Part shown: positions 63,808-64,000 of the stretch, in pieces
Position numbering within the stretch: position 1 is the stretch's first letter
Layout: each line of letters starts with the position of its first letter
DNA from: Eledone cirrhosa
Taxonomy: Eukaryota
NCBI GenBank assembly: GCA_964016885.1
Contig: OZ024749.1
Span: 8,432,001-8,496,000 of the forward strand
Direction of reading: 5' to 3'
Length of the DNA stretch: 64,000 nt
The notes under the pieces: generated by a model
What the model saw: the letters and a program-made list of their open reading frames with translations, nothing else
Databases searched by the model: none
What the model was told of the DNA's origin: nothing
Program-made: the position numbers and the translations under genes

Positions 63808-63810
<3 letters not shown>
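62993..63810 (+). mobile_element. 3' end of a Penelope-like element (Naiad-type GIY-YIG C-terminus) plus pLTR
   Basis: 62993-63268 translates, with one frameshift, as [34 protein letters not shown]...WEIV...PYNFKRKCELCLME...INSRAE...CTHR. A hammerhead and AATAAA follow. Confidence 0.8.
63551..63597 (+). ncRNA. Minimal type I hammerhead, U3-A8 covariant core
   Basis: cc-TTGAGAA-gccc-aact-gggc-GAAAC-gtac-GTA-gg, with AATAAA at 63601. Confidence 0.75.
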
Positions 63811-63849
<39 letters not shown>

Positions 63850-63880
63850 ACATATATATATATATATGTATATATATATG

Positions 63881-63927
<47 letters not shown>

Positions 63928-63966
63928 GTATATATACATACATATATATATATATATATGTATATA

Positions 63967-63997
<31 letters not shown>

Positions 63998-64000
63998 GTA
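63811..64000. repeat. (TA)n-rich microsatellite
   Basis: Directly visible. Confidence 0.97.

Overview
Repeat-dominated animal genomic DNA with no host protein-coding gene that I can support. The SINE families and dense (TA)n/(CA)n microsatellites resemble cephalopod (octopus-like) DNA; this is inference. Bases 1 to ~38.1 kb are one G/T-rich 33-bp minisatellite array (GGTATAGGTGGTGTTGGTGTTAATGGTCTTGYT) with kb-scale higher-order duplications, and its giant ORFs are most likely a by-product of the unit sequence. Bases 38.4-64 kb are a mosaic of mobile DNA separated by microsatellites: a near-intact RTE-clade LINE with a PHD-like insertion, a decayed Tx1 LINE plus a truncated copy in (GATA)n, a 5'-inverted LINE fragment, tRNA-derived SINEs, two MITEs, a non-autonomous Helitron and two Penelope-like GIY-YIG remnants. 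The most notable hidden signal is about 10 type-I hammerhead ribozyme motifs (four with intact cores, others decayed). Several have long or branched stem II, and many lie in short inverted-repeat cassettes, one of which starts exactly at the predicted cleavage site. All RNA folds were read by eye and are not computed.
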